A DNA stretch of 64,000 bases, taken from assembly GCF_006345805.1 (NCBI RefSeq), contig NC_043001.1:66340001-66404000 (forward strand), given 5' to 3'. The notes under the pieces were generated by a model. The model saw only the letters and a program-made list of their open reading frames with translations, was not told the origin of the DNA and ran no database searches. Of the stretch, positions 52,874 to 64,000 are shown one piece after another (position 1 is the stretch's first letter; each line of letters opens with the position of its first letter). This DNA comes from Octopus sinensis (Eukaryota). The position numbers and the translations under genes were made by a program.

Positions 52874-55187
52874 ATATATGTATGTATGCATACACAACAA
52901 GCTACTTTCAGCTTGCATCTAACAAATCCACTCACAAAGTTTTTGTTGGCCTGAGACTATTGTAGAAGAAACTTGCCCAAAGTGTAATGCAATAGGATTG
53001 AACCCAGAACCATGTGGTTGAGAAACAGGTTCCTTACCACATATTCACTCTTGTACCTACATGAATGTATTTTATGAATACTTTCATTTTAAAATACAGG
53101 CAACACTTAAATAATTGTCCCATACATTCAGTCCTCCCAAACTAACAGACCACATTTCTTTATCTTGCATTATTCTGGTTCATATTACAGATTCATTTGT
53201 GATATGTTTTTCAAAATACTTGACTCTTACCAACACAGTTTCCACTTCTAATGTCTTCTATTATATTGTTTGTTGACATTCTGATCTTTTTTGTTTTTTT
53301 GTTTCCACTCAGCTTTATCTAGTACATATTGTGTTTCCATTCTATATGAATGCAAAATGTCAAATACTTTCATATTTGAAGCTACACACTAGTCATAGCT
53401 CTTACCACCATTGTTGTCAGGAACAACAATGGTATCCTTGTACAGAACAACTGGCTTTTTACTAAAATCTTTGGTCTTAAAAAACTTACTTAAAAGGTTG
53501 CTTTATAGAAATTCAAATTTAGCCCTAAATTGACAGTATTATACTCCTTTGGGGGAACTCCTTAAATTTATTACTCTTTGTATATAATTGTTGCTGTTGT
53601 TTTACCCTACATTATTATCTGACCGATCAAAAAGCATTCTGTCTTTTTCTATATTTAGAAGTATTGATCATATAGATATACTCAATGTTGTACATAGTTT
53701 GAACTATTACTGGTGTAACTAAATCTAAAAGAGTTATAAATACAGATTTTGTTCAACAATGTATAATTTCTCAGTGATTCCTTATTCTTTAGCTACATTG
53801 TAAGAACTCTAAAATAATTATGAGCAACTCTCTTTCATTTATGATCCAATATATTGTATTATAGCCAGTTCTTTATTGTATGAAACCATTTGAATAAAAC
53901 AAAAAACTTCTAAAGCTGCTAGATCAATTCTCATTAATCTTTAATAATGCAAAATATATTATAATAACCTTTTATAGAATACAATACTATATTATACTAT
54001 ATATAATAGCAAACTTCTAAATAAAAGCATAAAGTGGTCTTGATTGAATGTGAACAATCTACATCCGATGATTATTTTATATCATTGCCCAGTGGTTTGC
54101 TTCAATCAATGCAATGGTGTATATATTTGGTAAAAGATCAACAAAACAAATAGCATGTGGAAAATAACTATATAAAAAAAAACTAAGCAAGTGATTATTG
54201 ATTTGAGAGAGATATCTGTGATAGACATAGCAACACTGTCACAGTATTTAACTATTTCATATTCACAAGTATATAATATTGGATTGATTTCATACAAATC
54301 TATGAAGGTAATATGTTGCAGCAAAAATTGAAAAGAATAAATAAGTAGAAATAATGAATAAATATAAATAGATAAATATTTCTTTGTATAGACATGGAAG
54401 GATTGATAATAAGGTTAGTAGGTTGGTTGATATTTGGGACAATAGACATATGTAGGACAAATATGTTAGAGTTTTACATATGTAATATAGGAAGTTATTA
54501 GGGACCCAGAACAGTGGGATAATAATAATATGTAAGACAATATATATTAGGGTCTTCTATGTACGTCCCTGAAACTAACTCATCTCTTCAGAACCAGGAA
54601 GTATTTTAGCCCCCAACAGCTGCCAAAACGTTACAAGGCTCAAGAAGGCTCACAATAGACTATTTCTCCCACATATAGGGTAATATTGCTACTATGCTCA
54701 CAGACATTCTGGACTACAGATGCTGTGTAGCGCCTGCTTCTGGAAACATTTCCCCTCTGTACCCTTTCACAAATGGCACTGTATAAAGTGCAATCAAAAG
54801 GTCCACCTCAAGAGACCCTGTTATCTTCAAATAAGTTTGGTCTGAATTCTGGCAACAAAATGACTTCACTTAAGGAACCCAAGGATCAAGCAGTAGTATT
54901 AAACTGGTTGGGGGGTTTTGTTCCGTTCTCTTGTTTAACTTCTTACAAACTCCATTTAACAAAATAAATATCAAGTGCAATGTTTATATATAGATTTTGA
55001 GTAAAATGTATATGTAAGTTTGTACAAGTGTTCTGTCATGTAATCTATTTAGAAACTTTCACTAAAAGCAAAAAATTTCAATCATAAGTTTTTATTATTG
55101 TTATTAATATTTTCTTGATACAGACTGACAGGCTGAACCTCTGTAAGTTGGCCTTAACTATATAATACATTGACACACACACAATAT

Positions 55188-55305
55188 ATTACTGTGTTTG
55201 ACATTATTGACTATATATTACTGTTTGTGACACTATTGACTATATATTGTTGTGTATAACACTATTGACTATATATTGCTTGTTTGACACTATTGACTAT
55301 ATATA
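55188..55305. repeat. Minisatellite, 4 x ~29 bp
   Basis: Units end in ACA(C/T)TATTGACTATA. Confidence 0.9.
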
Positions 55306-55319
55306 TCACATAGATAACT

Positions 55320-57190
55320 TGAAATGGGTGAATTGTGCACCAAAGACCATGGCAACAGTGCTCAAATCTCTCCTGGGAAAGATGGACAAGGTAAAAAAAG
55401 GCTGTCACTTCCTATATAGATGACATCCTAGTAGACAAGACAGTAGTGTCTGTCATAGAGGTCATAGGTCACCTAAAGAAGTTTGGGCTGACAGCAAAAC
55501 CACCAGAGCCAATGATTGGAAGAGCTGCACAGGGGCTCAAGCTTCAAAGCAACAAAACAGGTGTGTTGGTGTTTTAGAGAGGAAATGAGATTCCAGAACT
55601 GGGTACCAGCGTCAACAGACAAGAACTATTTTTGATGTGTGGGAGACTAGTAGGTCACTATCCAATTGTGGCGTTGCTTCAAACACCATGCATTTACATC
55701 AAGAGACAAGAGATGGGGGCAAGCTGGGGAGACAAAATGGGAGAGAGAGCAGTGGTGATGATGCAGGACAGCCTAGAGAGGGTAAGAGCATATGTCCCCA
55801 AATTAGAGAATGGGACCATATGGTGCCATGCAAGCAGCATAGCAATAGGGGTTGTCCTGGAAATTGGAGGTGTTAAAGTGGTGGACGCAGCTTGATTCCA
55901 GAAAGCAGTTGATTTCAACCACATCAATGAGGCTGAGTTGGGTGTAGTGCTGAAAGAGGTGAATCTGGCCCTGAGATGGGAGCTGTGCTCTATCGAAATC
56001 TGAACCAATTCAGATACTGTGCTTGGATGGGCAGGATCAGTGTCACTGATGAAAAGAGGGTTTGAACCAAAGGAGATGTTAGTAAAGCAAAGGAGATGTT
56101 TGAACCAAAGAGATGTTAGTAAAGCACCACCTAAGGGTTCTGAGAGGGCTAACTGCTGAATTTGGTTTGAAGTCTTTGTGCCCTCAGAAAGGAATAAGGC
56201 AGAGATTCTAATCAGGGTGAAAAAGACCTGATTGGTGGTGCCAGAAGATTTGAAATGGGGGATAGCTGCAGCAGGTTGGTTAGGTGACTCAAAACTAAGG
56301 AGACTGCATGCCATGCATCATATGGACATAGATAGAATCCTGTATTTTGCCAGGAAGGTTGACTCTGATGTTACTTGGCAGAGCATTCAAAAGGTGATAA
56401 TCCTGCTCCAAGTGTGCAAGAGCCAGCAAACATTTCAGTAGAGCACAACTGGAGACAATTGGCAGTGGATGTGACACACTACTGGCAGGGAACATATCTC
56501 TCAATGGTCAACTGTGGACTAGGTCAGATGGCCATATGGAGGGAAATGAAGATGGGCACTGCAGATGAGGTTGCATGTATTCTGAATGAGATATTCCTGG
56601 AGCAGAGCCCTGTGGATGAATTGCTGATGGACAAAGGCACTGCATTTCATTTGGAGATGCTTGATAAGTGGAATGTGCAACTCTTCTTCAGAGTGGCATA
56701 CAGGCCAAGTGGAAATGGGATTTTGGAAAGACACCATTGCACAATCAAGGCTATGGTGGAGAGAGGATGCATCTCACCATTGGAAGTGGTATTTTTGTAC
56801 AATATATCACCCTGATCAGGACAAGTTGAGGAATCCATGCCACACAAAGTGATATTCAAGTATGAATGGTGACAGCTGTGTACAGCATCACAACATACTG
56901 TGGAAGAGAGGAAGCCTGCCTTCATACAGGTAAGGGATGAAGCCTAGTCAAGGCATGCTGCACATCTCAGTAGAACAGAGGAACAGTGACAGCTGTTAAT
57001 TCCAAAAATAATGTCTATGTGGATGGAATTCTGCATCACATCTTGGATGTTCACAGAATTGTCACTTTGTTGGACAATGAATGTGAAAGTGAGGAAGCAA
57101 GTGGAGCACTATCTCTGTGGAGATCACAGTGAGTGAGACATCTGCCCAGGTGAATGGCAGATTTCAACATGGAGTGAAGTGAGGAGATGA
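55320..57190 (+). mobile_element. Ty3/Gypsy LTR-retrotransposon pol relic (RT, RNase H region, integrase)
   Basis: YIDDIL at 55413-55430; integrase WRQLAVDVTH...ELLMDKGTAF...YRPSGNGILERHH (56375-56815) in RT-then-IN order; purine tract at 57171-57190. Confidence 0.88.
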
Positions 57191-57439
57191 TGAGGTGAAT
57201 GAAAGGAAAGGGTCAGTGACATCAATGGCTGAAGGGCCTTACTGAAGAGGAAAAGGGAGTGAGGATGTGGGCAGAAGTAGGAACAGCATGGGTCTCTTTC
57301 ACCTCAGGCAGTCATCATGGACAGACGCATGTGGACATGTATGCAAGGCAGGACTTGTGCAGTTGATTCTAGCAGTCAGTCAAACAGGCAAGGCACATCT
57401 TGGATTTAACCCAGCTGGACAGCTAACACTGAGAGGTAG

Positions 57440-57620
57440 GTGAACCATATTCTGTTCCTCACATTACAGTTCCCTCATATTACAAGAGACTCCAGATGAG
57501 ATTGTTGTCAACAATCACTCCTAAGTCTCTGATATTATTGAATGTTGTAAGTAGGTCCCCTGAAGGAAGAGAATGCCTCAGTTCAAATTTTTTCTGATCT
57601 ACCTGCTTTTCCCAACTTCT
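57440..57620 (-). mobile_element. CR1/L2-type RT fragment
   Basis: IRDLGVIVDNNLIW motif at 57484-57539. Confidence 0.5.
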
Positions 57621-58098
57621 TTGTCCCTGTGTCTGAGATTTCTTGAACTGTGAGAAAAGTGTAAGGATGCCTACAGCTTCATTTGGACAAACTAGACAAT
57701 TCCCACTGAAGAACAGGTTTCAAACACTATCAGTTATGAAAGATTACTCACAGCCAAGCTAAGATGAAATCAGCACGATGTGTAAGCAAATTAGTATTGT
57801 TGTATCCTGTTCTGGACTCTCTTGTTGCTTTGACAAACAAGGGTTCAGCAAGACAGCTGCACAGTGTGATAGTGTTCTTAGTTCAATGTTTTGTTATTGG
57901 ACTTATGGAAGTGTGATGGTGTTGGTACCTGTGTCTTAGTTTCCTGAACAAACTGCATAATGAATATTATTATAGTAGGCATGATTTGTGTAGAACTGGT
58001 CCCACTCTCTCATCCTTCAAATTTGTATTGGTCTACTGAAATAGTGCTATGAGTCCTGTAGTTATCAGGATGCAAGATTTGCATGGAATTACTATCTC

Positions 58099-59750
58099 TT
58101 AATAATAAATCTCTGAACGAGGTATAAACAGTAGCTGCACAACAGTGTGAAGTATAATTGCCACTTAAATGTGGCTAACCACTAAGGGTGGATGCTACTG
58201 TAGCTTGTAGCCCCAGGAGAACATCTCCACTGGCTATTGACACACTTTCTGTGCCCTATCAGTATTTGCAAAGGGAAGCCATCCTTCCCATCGTCAACCT
58301 GACGTGATACGCACGGATCCGGGTTTCTGGGTATTTACCTGTCGTCAGCGCACGACAATCACCGGTTCTCTTTATTATAGACACAAGGCCTGCATACAGA
58401 GAGGACATACAAAACCATGCAGGGACATAAAAACGAATGGAAAATGATAATGGAGTGAATATGATTATGATGCAAATGAGACAGCCATCTCATCCCCACT
58501 TCGAGACGAACCGTGAATACCTTTACAATTACAATTTACAATTAACTTTATGATTAAACTTTACAATTAACTTTACAATAAAAACTTTACAAACACACTT
58601 TATAATTAAACTTTACAATTAACTTTACAAATACACTTTACAATTCACCTTAAAACCACCTCCAGTTTCGCTGCTATGCGAAACCGTGACGTTTCATTTC
58701 ATTTCGGCCTTTAAATCAAATTTTCATATGTGTCCTTTTTCCAACAAAAATAACATTTTTAAATACTTGTTTGTTCATCAATTCATTATTTCTTCTTTTT
58801 GTTTCCAATAATTTACAATGTTCAAATGATTTCTTTTAATTGTAGTTCTCTCCACAATTTTATATACTTACCGTCCTTTAACCTATCTCACTCTGTTTTA
58901 CTTCTTGTTTTTGTTTTCCTCGCTATTTCTTCTTTTTCCATTTCCATACTGTTCCAAAACATCTCTCCACTGTGGTTCTTTCGTCTGTATACTCTTGCAC
59001 TCTTGCTTGTCTGTGCATTCATCCGACTGCACTTTCTCATCCTCTTTTTGTGTGTCTTTCTCATGCATCTCTAGGCATTTTTGTTTCACCTCTTCTTCTG
59101 GTATCTCTGTTGATGGTTCCTCAACATTTTCTGTTCTTTGTTGCATTTCTTCCTCCATTCCTTTACTCCTCTTTATCTCTGCTGTTGTTGGAGACTTCTT
59201 TCTTTCTCTTTTCTTGCTTTTTGTCTCTGCCTGTTTTTCTTTGTGTGTCATAAAAGCTATATCTGCGTATCTTTATAACTCATCCATTGGTATACAATCT
59301 TTTATTTTATGCCCTCTCATGCCGCATTTGTAACATTTGGGTGGTCTTCCTGTCAGTATTATCTTCAACCTCTCTCCTGTTGGCAGCTCTATTGTTTCTG
59401 GCACTTTCTCATAATATTCTGGGCTTATAGTTCCGACAATTTCTAAACCAAATCCCCCAAAATTCCAGCATTCGGTCTTGCTCACTAACTGAATCTCCAG
59501 TTCTGGGTTTTCCTCCTGCAGTCTTTCACCAAAAATGCCCACTATCACCCACTCAGGCTCTATCATTGGTGGTATCCTTCCAACTCTGATTTTTACTAAT
59601 TTCTTCCCTGGTGTGCATGGTAGTAGTGTCCATTTGTCTCCTTCTATCACGTCTTTAGCATTCCGTTCTGCCTCTTCTTCCGTTCCAAATGTTACTGCAA
59701 CTGTCCCATAATCTTTTCCTTTTGTAAGGAAGATTATTTCTTTATCAATC
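58099..59750 (-). mobile_element. L1/Tx1-like element 3' part: ORF1p (RRM-like + CCHC knuckle + charged tail) and an ~800-bp 3' UTR, no ORF2
   Basis: ORFs 59273-59761 and 58898-59251 are in the same frame, separated by one TAA (..CYKCGMRGHKIKDC..L*RYADIAFM..); TTTATTATT-type end at 58101. Confidence 0.7.
58521..58645. repeat. Tandem array of ~11-14-bp ACTTTACAATTA-type units in the element's 3' UTR
   Basis: Directly visible. Confidence 0.9.
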
Positions 59751-62700
59751 ATCATCATCATTGTTTAACGTCCGTTCTCCATGCTAGCATGGGTTGGACG
59801 GTTCGACCGGGGATCTGGGAAGCCAGAAGGCTGCACCAGGCTCCAGTCTTATCTGGCAATGTTTCTATAGTTGGATGCCCTTCCTAACGCCAACCACTCC
59901 GTGAGTGTAGTGGGTGCTTTTTACGTGCCACCTGCACAGGTGCCAGGCGAGGCTGGCAACGGCCACGGTCAGATTGGTGTTTTTTACGTGCCACCGGCAC
60001 GGAAGCCAGTCGAGGCGGTGCTGGCATCGGCCACAAGTCGGATAGTGCTTTTTACGTACCACCAGACCAGGGATCCTGGCTGGTTCAATTCGATTTCGAT
60101 TGCGCAGCCCAGGGATCCTGGCTGGTTCAATTCGATTTCGATTTCGCAGCCCAGGGATCCTGGCTGGTTCAATTCGATTTCGGTTTCGATTTCGCTTGCC
60201 CCAACATGTCTTCGCAAGCAAAGGGGGTTGGCATGGGTGCCTGTCGTCGGATGAGGTTCTATATCGACTTCGCTTGCCTCAACAGGTCTTTGTGTCCAAG
60301 GGAGGAAAGGCATGCATAAGTGGGCTGGGCTCACTTGTCCTGCCTGGTCTTCTCACGTACAGCATATTTCCAAAGGTCTCAGTCGCTGGTCATTTCCTCA
60401 GTGAGGCCTAAAGTTCGAAGGTCGTGCTTCACCACCTCATCCCAGGTTTTCCTGGGTCTACCTCTTCCACGGGTTCCCTCAACTGCTAGGGATTGGTACT
60501 TTCTCACACACCTATCTTCATCCATTCTCGCCACATGACCATACCAGCGCAATCGTCTCTCTTGCACACTACAACTGATGCTTCTTAGGTACAACATTTC
60601 TCTCCAGGTACTAACGCTCTGTCGAGTAAGTACACTGACATTACACATCCATCGAAGCATACTGGCTTCATTCCTCTCGAGCTTACGCATGTCCTCAGCA
60701 GTCACGGCCCATGTTTCACTGCCATGTAGCATGGCTGTTCGTACACATGCATCATACAGTCTGCCTTTTACTCTGAGCGAGAGGCCTTTAGTCACCAGCA
60801 GAGGTAGGAGCTCCCTAAACTTTGCCCAGGCTATTCTTATTCTAGCAGTTACACTTTCAGCGCACCCACCCCCACTACTGACTTGGTCACCTAGATAACG
60901 GAAGCTATCAACTACTTCTAGTTTTTCCCCCTGAAAAGTGACGGAAGTTGTTTTCTGCAGATTTTCGGAGGTCAATGCTCCCAAGCATCTGCCACATACA
61001 AAAACTATCTTCCCAGTTAGCCTACCCTTGACATTGCTGCACCTCTTATGTGTCCATAGCTTACACTGGGTACATCTTATAGAGTTTCTACCTACACCTT
61101 TTCTACAGATCGAGCAGGGCCATCTTCCTGAAGACATTTGTAGATAGTCTACCTTTCTACTTATTAGTACTTTGGTTTTAGCTAGGTTGACTCTAAGGCC
61201 CCTCGATTCTAAACCCTCCTTCCACACCTGGAACTTCTCCTCCAGTTCTGATAGTGACTCAGCAATTAGAGCAAATTCGTCAGCATAGAGGAACTCCCAG
61301 GTGCAACTTGTCTTGAATTCCTCCGCAATTGTCTGGAGGACTATGATAAATAGGAGGGGGCTGAGTACTGAACCCTGGTGGACCCCAACCTCTACTTTGA
61401 ATTCTTCTGTGTACATGTTGCCAACCCTAACCTTACTTACAGCATCTCTATCCCTAGTTTCCTCATTGACCACCAGATAAGGGATCGGGGGACCCTATCA
61501 AAGGCTTTCTCCATGTCAACAAAAACCAGGTACAGGGGCTTATCTTTGGCTAGGTATTTCTCCTGCAGCTGCCTTACCAGGAATATAGCATCAGTGGTAC
61601 TTTTCCCTGGCACGAACCCAAACTGCATCCCATCTAAACTAACTCTCTCTCTAATTAGTTGGGCTATGACCCTCTCCGTAACCTTCATTACCTGATCCAA
61701 CAGCTTGATACCTCTGTAATTATTTGTATCTAGGGCATCACCTTTACCTTTGTAGCAGTTGACTAGTATGCTGCTACGCCAGTCATTGGGTATGACTCCT
61801 TCGTGTATCACCTGGTTGACTATACGAGTGACTAGGTTATAGCCGACACTGCCAGATATTTTGAGCATCTCTGCAGTAATTCCTGATGGGCCTGGGGCTT
61901 TCCCTGTCTTCATGCTTCTAATTGCTTTAACTACCAAAGAATTTTCAACTCAGTTGGGTTGACATTCGGCAGACTCTCTTTATCCCATTCATTTTCTTTA
62001 TTCAGCAACCTTTCATAGTGGCATCTCCAAACCTCTCTCTTTGCATCCTCATTTAGCGCAAGTGAACCATCATCCATGCAAACACACTTCTCTCCTACCA
62101 CATCACGATTCTCTCTCACACACTGTCTTGCAACACGAAATACCTCAAGTCTTTCATCCTCACGGCTCAGAACATTGGCAAATTTTTTCTTATCCGCTTC
62201 CCCTCTGGCTAAATAAACCTGTCTCCTAGCTTCTCTTCTGGTTGTCTGATACAATTCCCTGCTACCACCGTTCTTCCAGTCCTTCCAAGCCTGTCTCTTT
62301 TGTCTAATAGCCCTGTCAACCACAGTGTTCCACCACCATGTTACTCTGGGTCGAGATGGTACTTTGCTCTATCCACAGATCTGGTCAGTGGCTGTCAGCA
62401 GATTGTCCCGTAGAAATCTCCAGTTGTCTTCCACATTAAGTGAAGCTATATCCCCTTCTATTTCGTCAAAGGCTTCGAGTAGTATGTCTCTAAATCTCTG
62501 TCCATTTGCAGGATCTTTAAGCTTCCAGACCCTTCTCCTCTAAGCTGGTCTTCTTCTGGGCAACCATTTAGCTCTGATCCTGAAGTCACTAACTACTAAT
62601 CTATGTTGAGGAGTACATTCTTCGCCTGGGAAGGTTTTGGCATTTATAATCAGCCCTCTTTCCCTTTTTCTGGCAAGGATGTAGTCAATCTGGCTGGTGT

Positions 62701-63365
62701 GTCTACCAGAACGCTAGGTGACTAGGTGAGAGGTGGGTTTCCTGAAGTTGGTATTGCAGACCATAAGGTCATTTGCATTGCAGAACTCCAGCAGCCTGGT
62801 TCCCTCCTCATTACGAGAGCCAAAACCGTAGCCTCCATGAACGCCATGAAGCCCCCGACATGCCATCCAACATGTCCATTGAAATCACCTGCCACGAAGA
62901 GAAGGTCACTGTCATTTGTCAACGAGGTAGTCCACAATAGGGTGTCATAGAATTGGTCTTTTTGTCCTTCCGGTAGCCCTGGTTGAGGGGCATATGCCGA
63001 GATGATGGTAGCTGACCTATGGTGAAGGACTAATCTAATTTTAATTACTCTGTCACTTACTCCGACTACCTCGATTACCTTATATACCCATTTCTCCGCA
63101 AGAAGTATACCCACGCCCCCGACCCCGTCAGTGTTCCCTGCCCAGAAAATCTTGTACCTGTGTTCCTTGCCTGTGAGGAGCCTAGCGGAACCTCCTCTCC
63201 ACCTTACTTCCTGGATGCAGCATACATCCACACATACATCCAATGTGCCAACATTGAGTGTGCCAACTCTGAGGGTGTGGGAGGTGTGGGCTTCTGAGAC
63301 CCTGGGATGAGGGACAGCCGTGTCATGTACCTGAAAAGAAAGCTTGCATTTGGCAGATTTCATAT
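59750..63365 (-). mobile_element. Near full-length RTE LINE (APE endonuclease + RT with PHD insert), inactivated
   Basis: EN motifs GTLNV, CCIQEVRW, AYAPQ, AGDFNGHVG; RT motifs GKAPGPSG, QFGF, DMEKAFD, GVHQGSVLSPLLF, YADE; several frameshifts and a premature stop; (GAT)n tail at 59750. Confidence 0.97.
60067..60192. repeat. 3 x 42-bp tandem repeat inside the RTE 3' UTR
   Basis: Units start CCAGGGATCCTGGCTGGTTCAATTCG at 60067, 60109 and 60151. Confidence 0.95.
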
Positions 63366-63595
63366 CGAAACACTAGACTACAACCTGCATACATTTCACA
63401 GTTTTTTGTGCTATATGATCAGATAACCCTACATAGAGGTGTGAGTGGGGGTGGGGGTAGTTAAGTAAGACAGGGGTAGAAACTTCCGGTATTATTAGAT
63501 CTTCTAGTTCTTTTTCTGGGGCTCTCTCAACCTTTCTGTTCTCATTAGAAAATATTCTAAAAATTACTGTTTCTTTCCTCTTTCTTTTTCTCTTC
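63365..63595 (-). mobile_element. Probable N-terminal half of the ORF1p split by the RTE insertion
   Basis: KRKRKRKETVIFRIFSNENRKVERAPEKELEDLII would supply the first strand and helix missing from the RRM-like fragment at 59750. Inference; no TSD found. Confidence 0.45.
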
Positions 63596-63812
63596 TGATT
63601 AATTTCCCACATGAGGAAAAATTAACTGTTGTGCCAACACAATTGAACGGCTGAAAACTGACCAATACAAACAACAATTTCAGTTAATCACAAGGTCATG
63701 TGACCTGCTGGAACAAAAAGGTTTGTGGAGCTGATATCTGGGTATCTAAGCCAAGAAAATCCATAATGAAAACATCTCACACATAATGACAGTGTAAATC
63801 ACTTCTGCTACA
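63596..63812. repeat. Dispersed promoter-like (LTR-like) repeat, copy 2
   Basis: Matches 50576-50793. Confidence 0.85.
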
Positions 63813-64000
63813 GCCAAATCAGCCTGGCAGGGATAGAACCCACAGGGTAAGAGGGTATTGCAGCACAGAGGGAAGATTGGTGAGTTTCCTTCCAAGCCAC
63901 TGCAAGCAGTTTTTAGAAGGCCAGAGCAACTGCTGTGGATGAGAAACACCAAAGCCTACGAAGTTGATCTATTAAGTACCAGAGCCTGTTGTTCAAAGAT

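Noticed and set aside
53231-53318. Second exon next to the 53406-53475 candidate
   Set aside because: Its open frame needs a phase-0 start, incompatible with the phase-1 end of the neighbour, and the acceptor is weak.
60067-60192. CRISPR-like array (regular repeats with an internal palindrome)
   Set aside because: Units are head-to-tail with no unique spacers, lie in a eukaryotic LINE 3' UTR, and no cas genes are present. The same applies to 55188-55305 and 58521-58645.
59750-63365. Active, intact RTE LINE
   Set aside because: The ORF is broken into at least four pieces, the catalytic YADD reads YADE, there is a short deletion in the endonuclease, and there is a premature stop at 60379.
50576-63812. 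The two promoter-like repeats as paired LTRs of the Gypsy pol at 55.3-57.2 kb
   Set aside because: They are 13 kb apart and strongly diverged, there is no gag, PBS or TSD, and the Gypsy relic has its own purine tract right after the integrase.

Overview
AT-rich, repeat-dense animal genomic DNA. Inferred to be a coleoid cephalopod, most likely Octopus, from the C2H2-ZNF style, the RTE/SINE families and the long (TA)n/(CA)n tracts; no database check was possible. Two host coding regions are well supported: a tandem C2H2 zinc-finger ORF (14244-15176, +; 11 fingers, 4 degenerate) and a single-exon RING + NHL-propeller ORF with no B-box (40592-42040, -). Three possible terminal exons of an unidentified minus-strand gene are low confidence. 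The rest is mostly transposon debris: many copies of an RTE LINE family with a PHD finger inside its RT (one nearly full-length but broken copy at 59750-63365), other RTE relics, two mariner relics, MITEs, tRNA-derived SINEs, Helentron-like elements, a Gypsy pol relic and a Penelope-like GIY-YIG relic. The most unusual items are an apparently ORF1-only L1/Tx1-like element split by the RTE, two near-perfect foldback hairpins made from TE ends, and a GIY-YIG domain with a roughly 130-aa low-complexity insert. I found no rRNA, real tRNA or CRISPR array, and no clearly new multi-gene system. TE boundaries were read by eye and are approximate.
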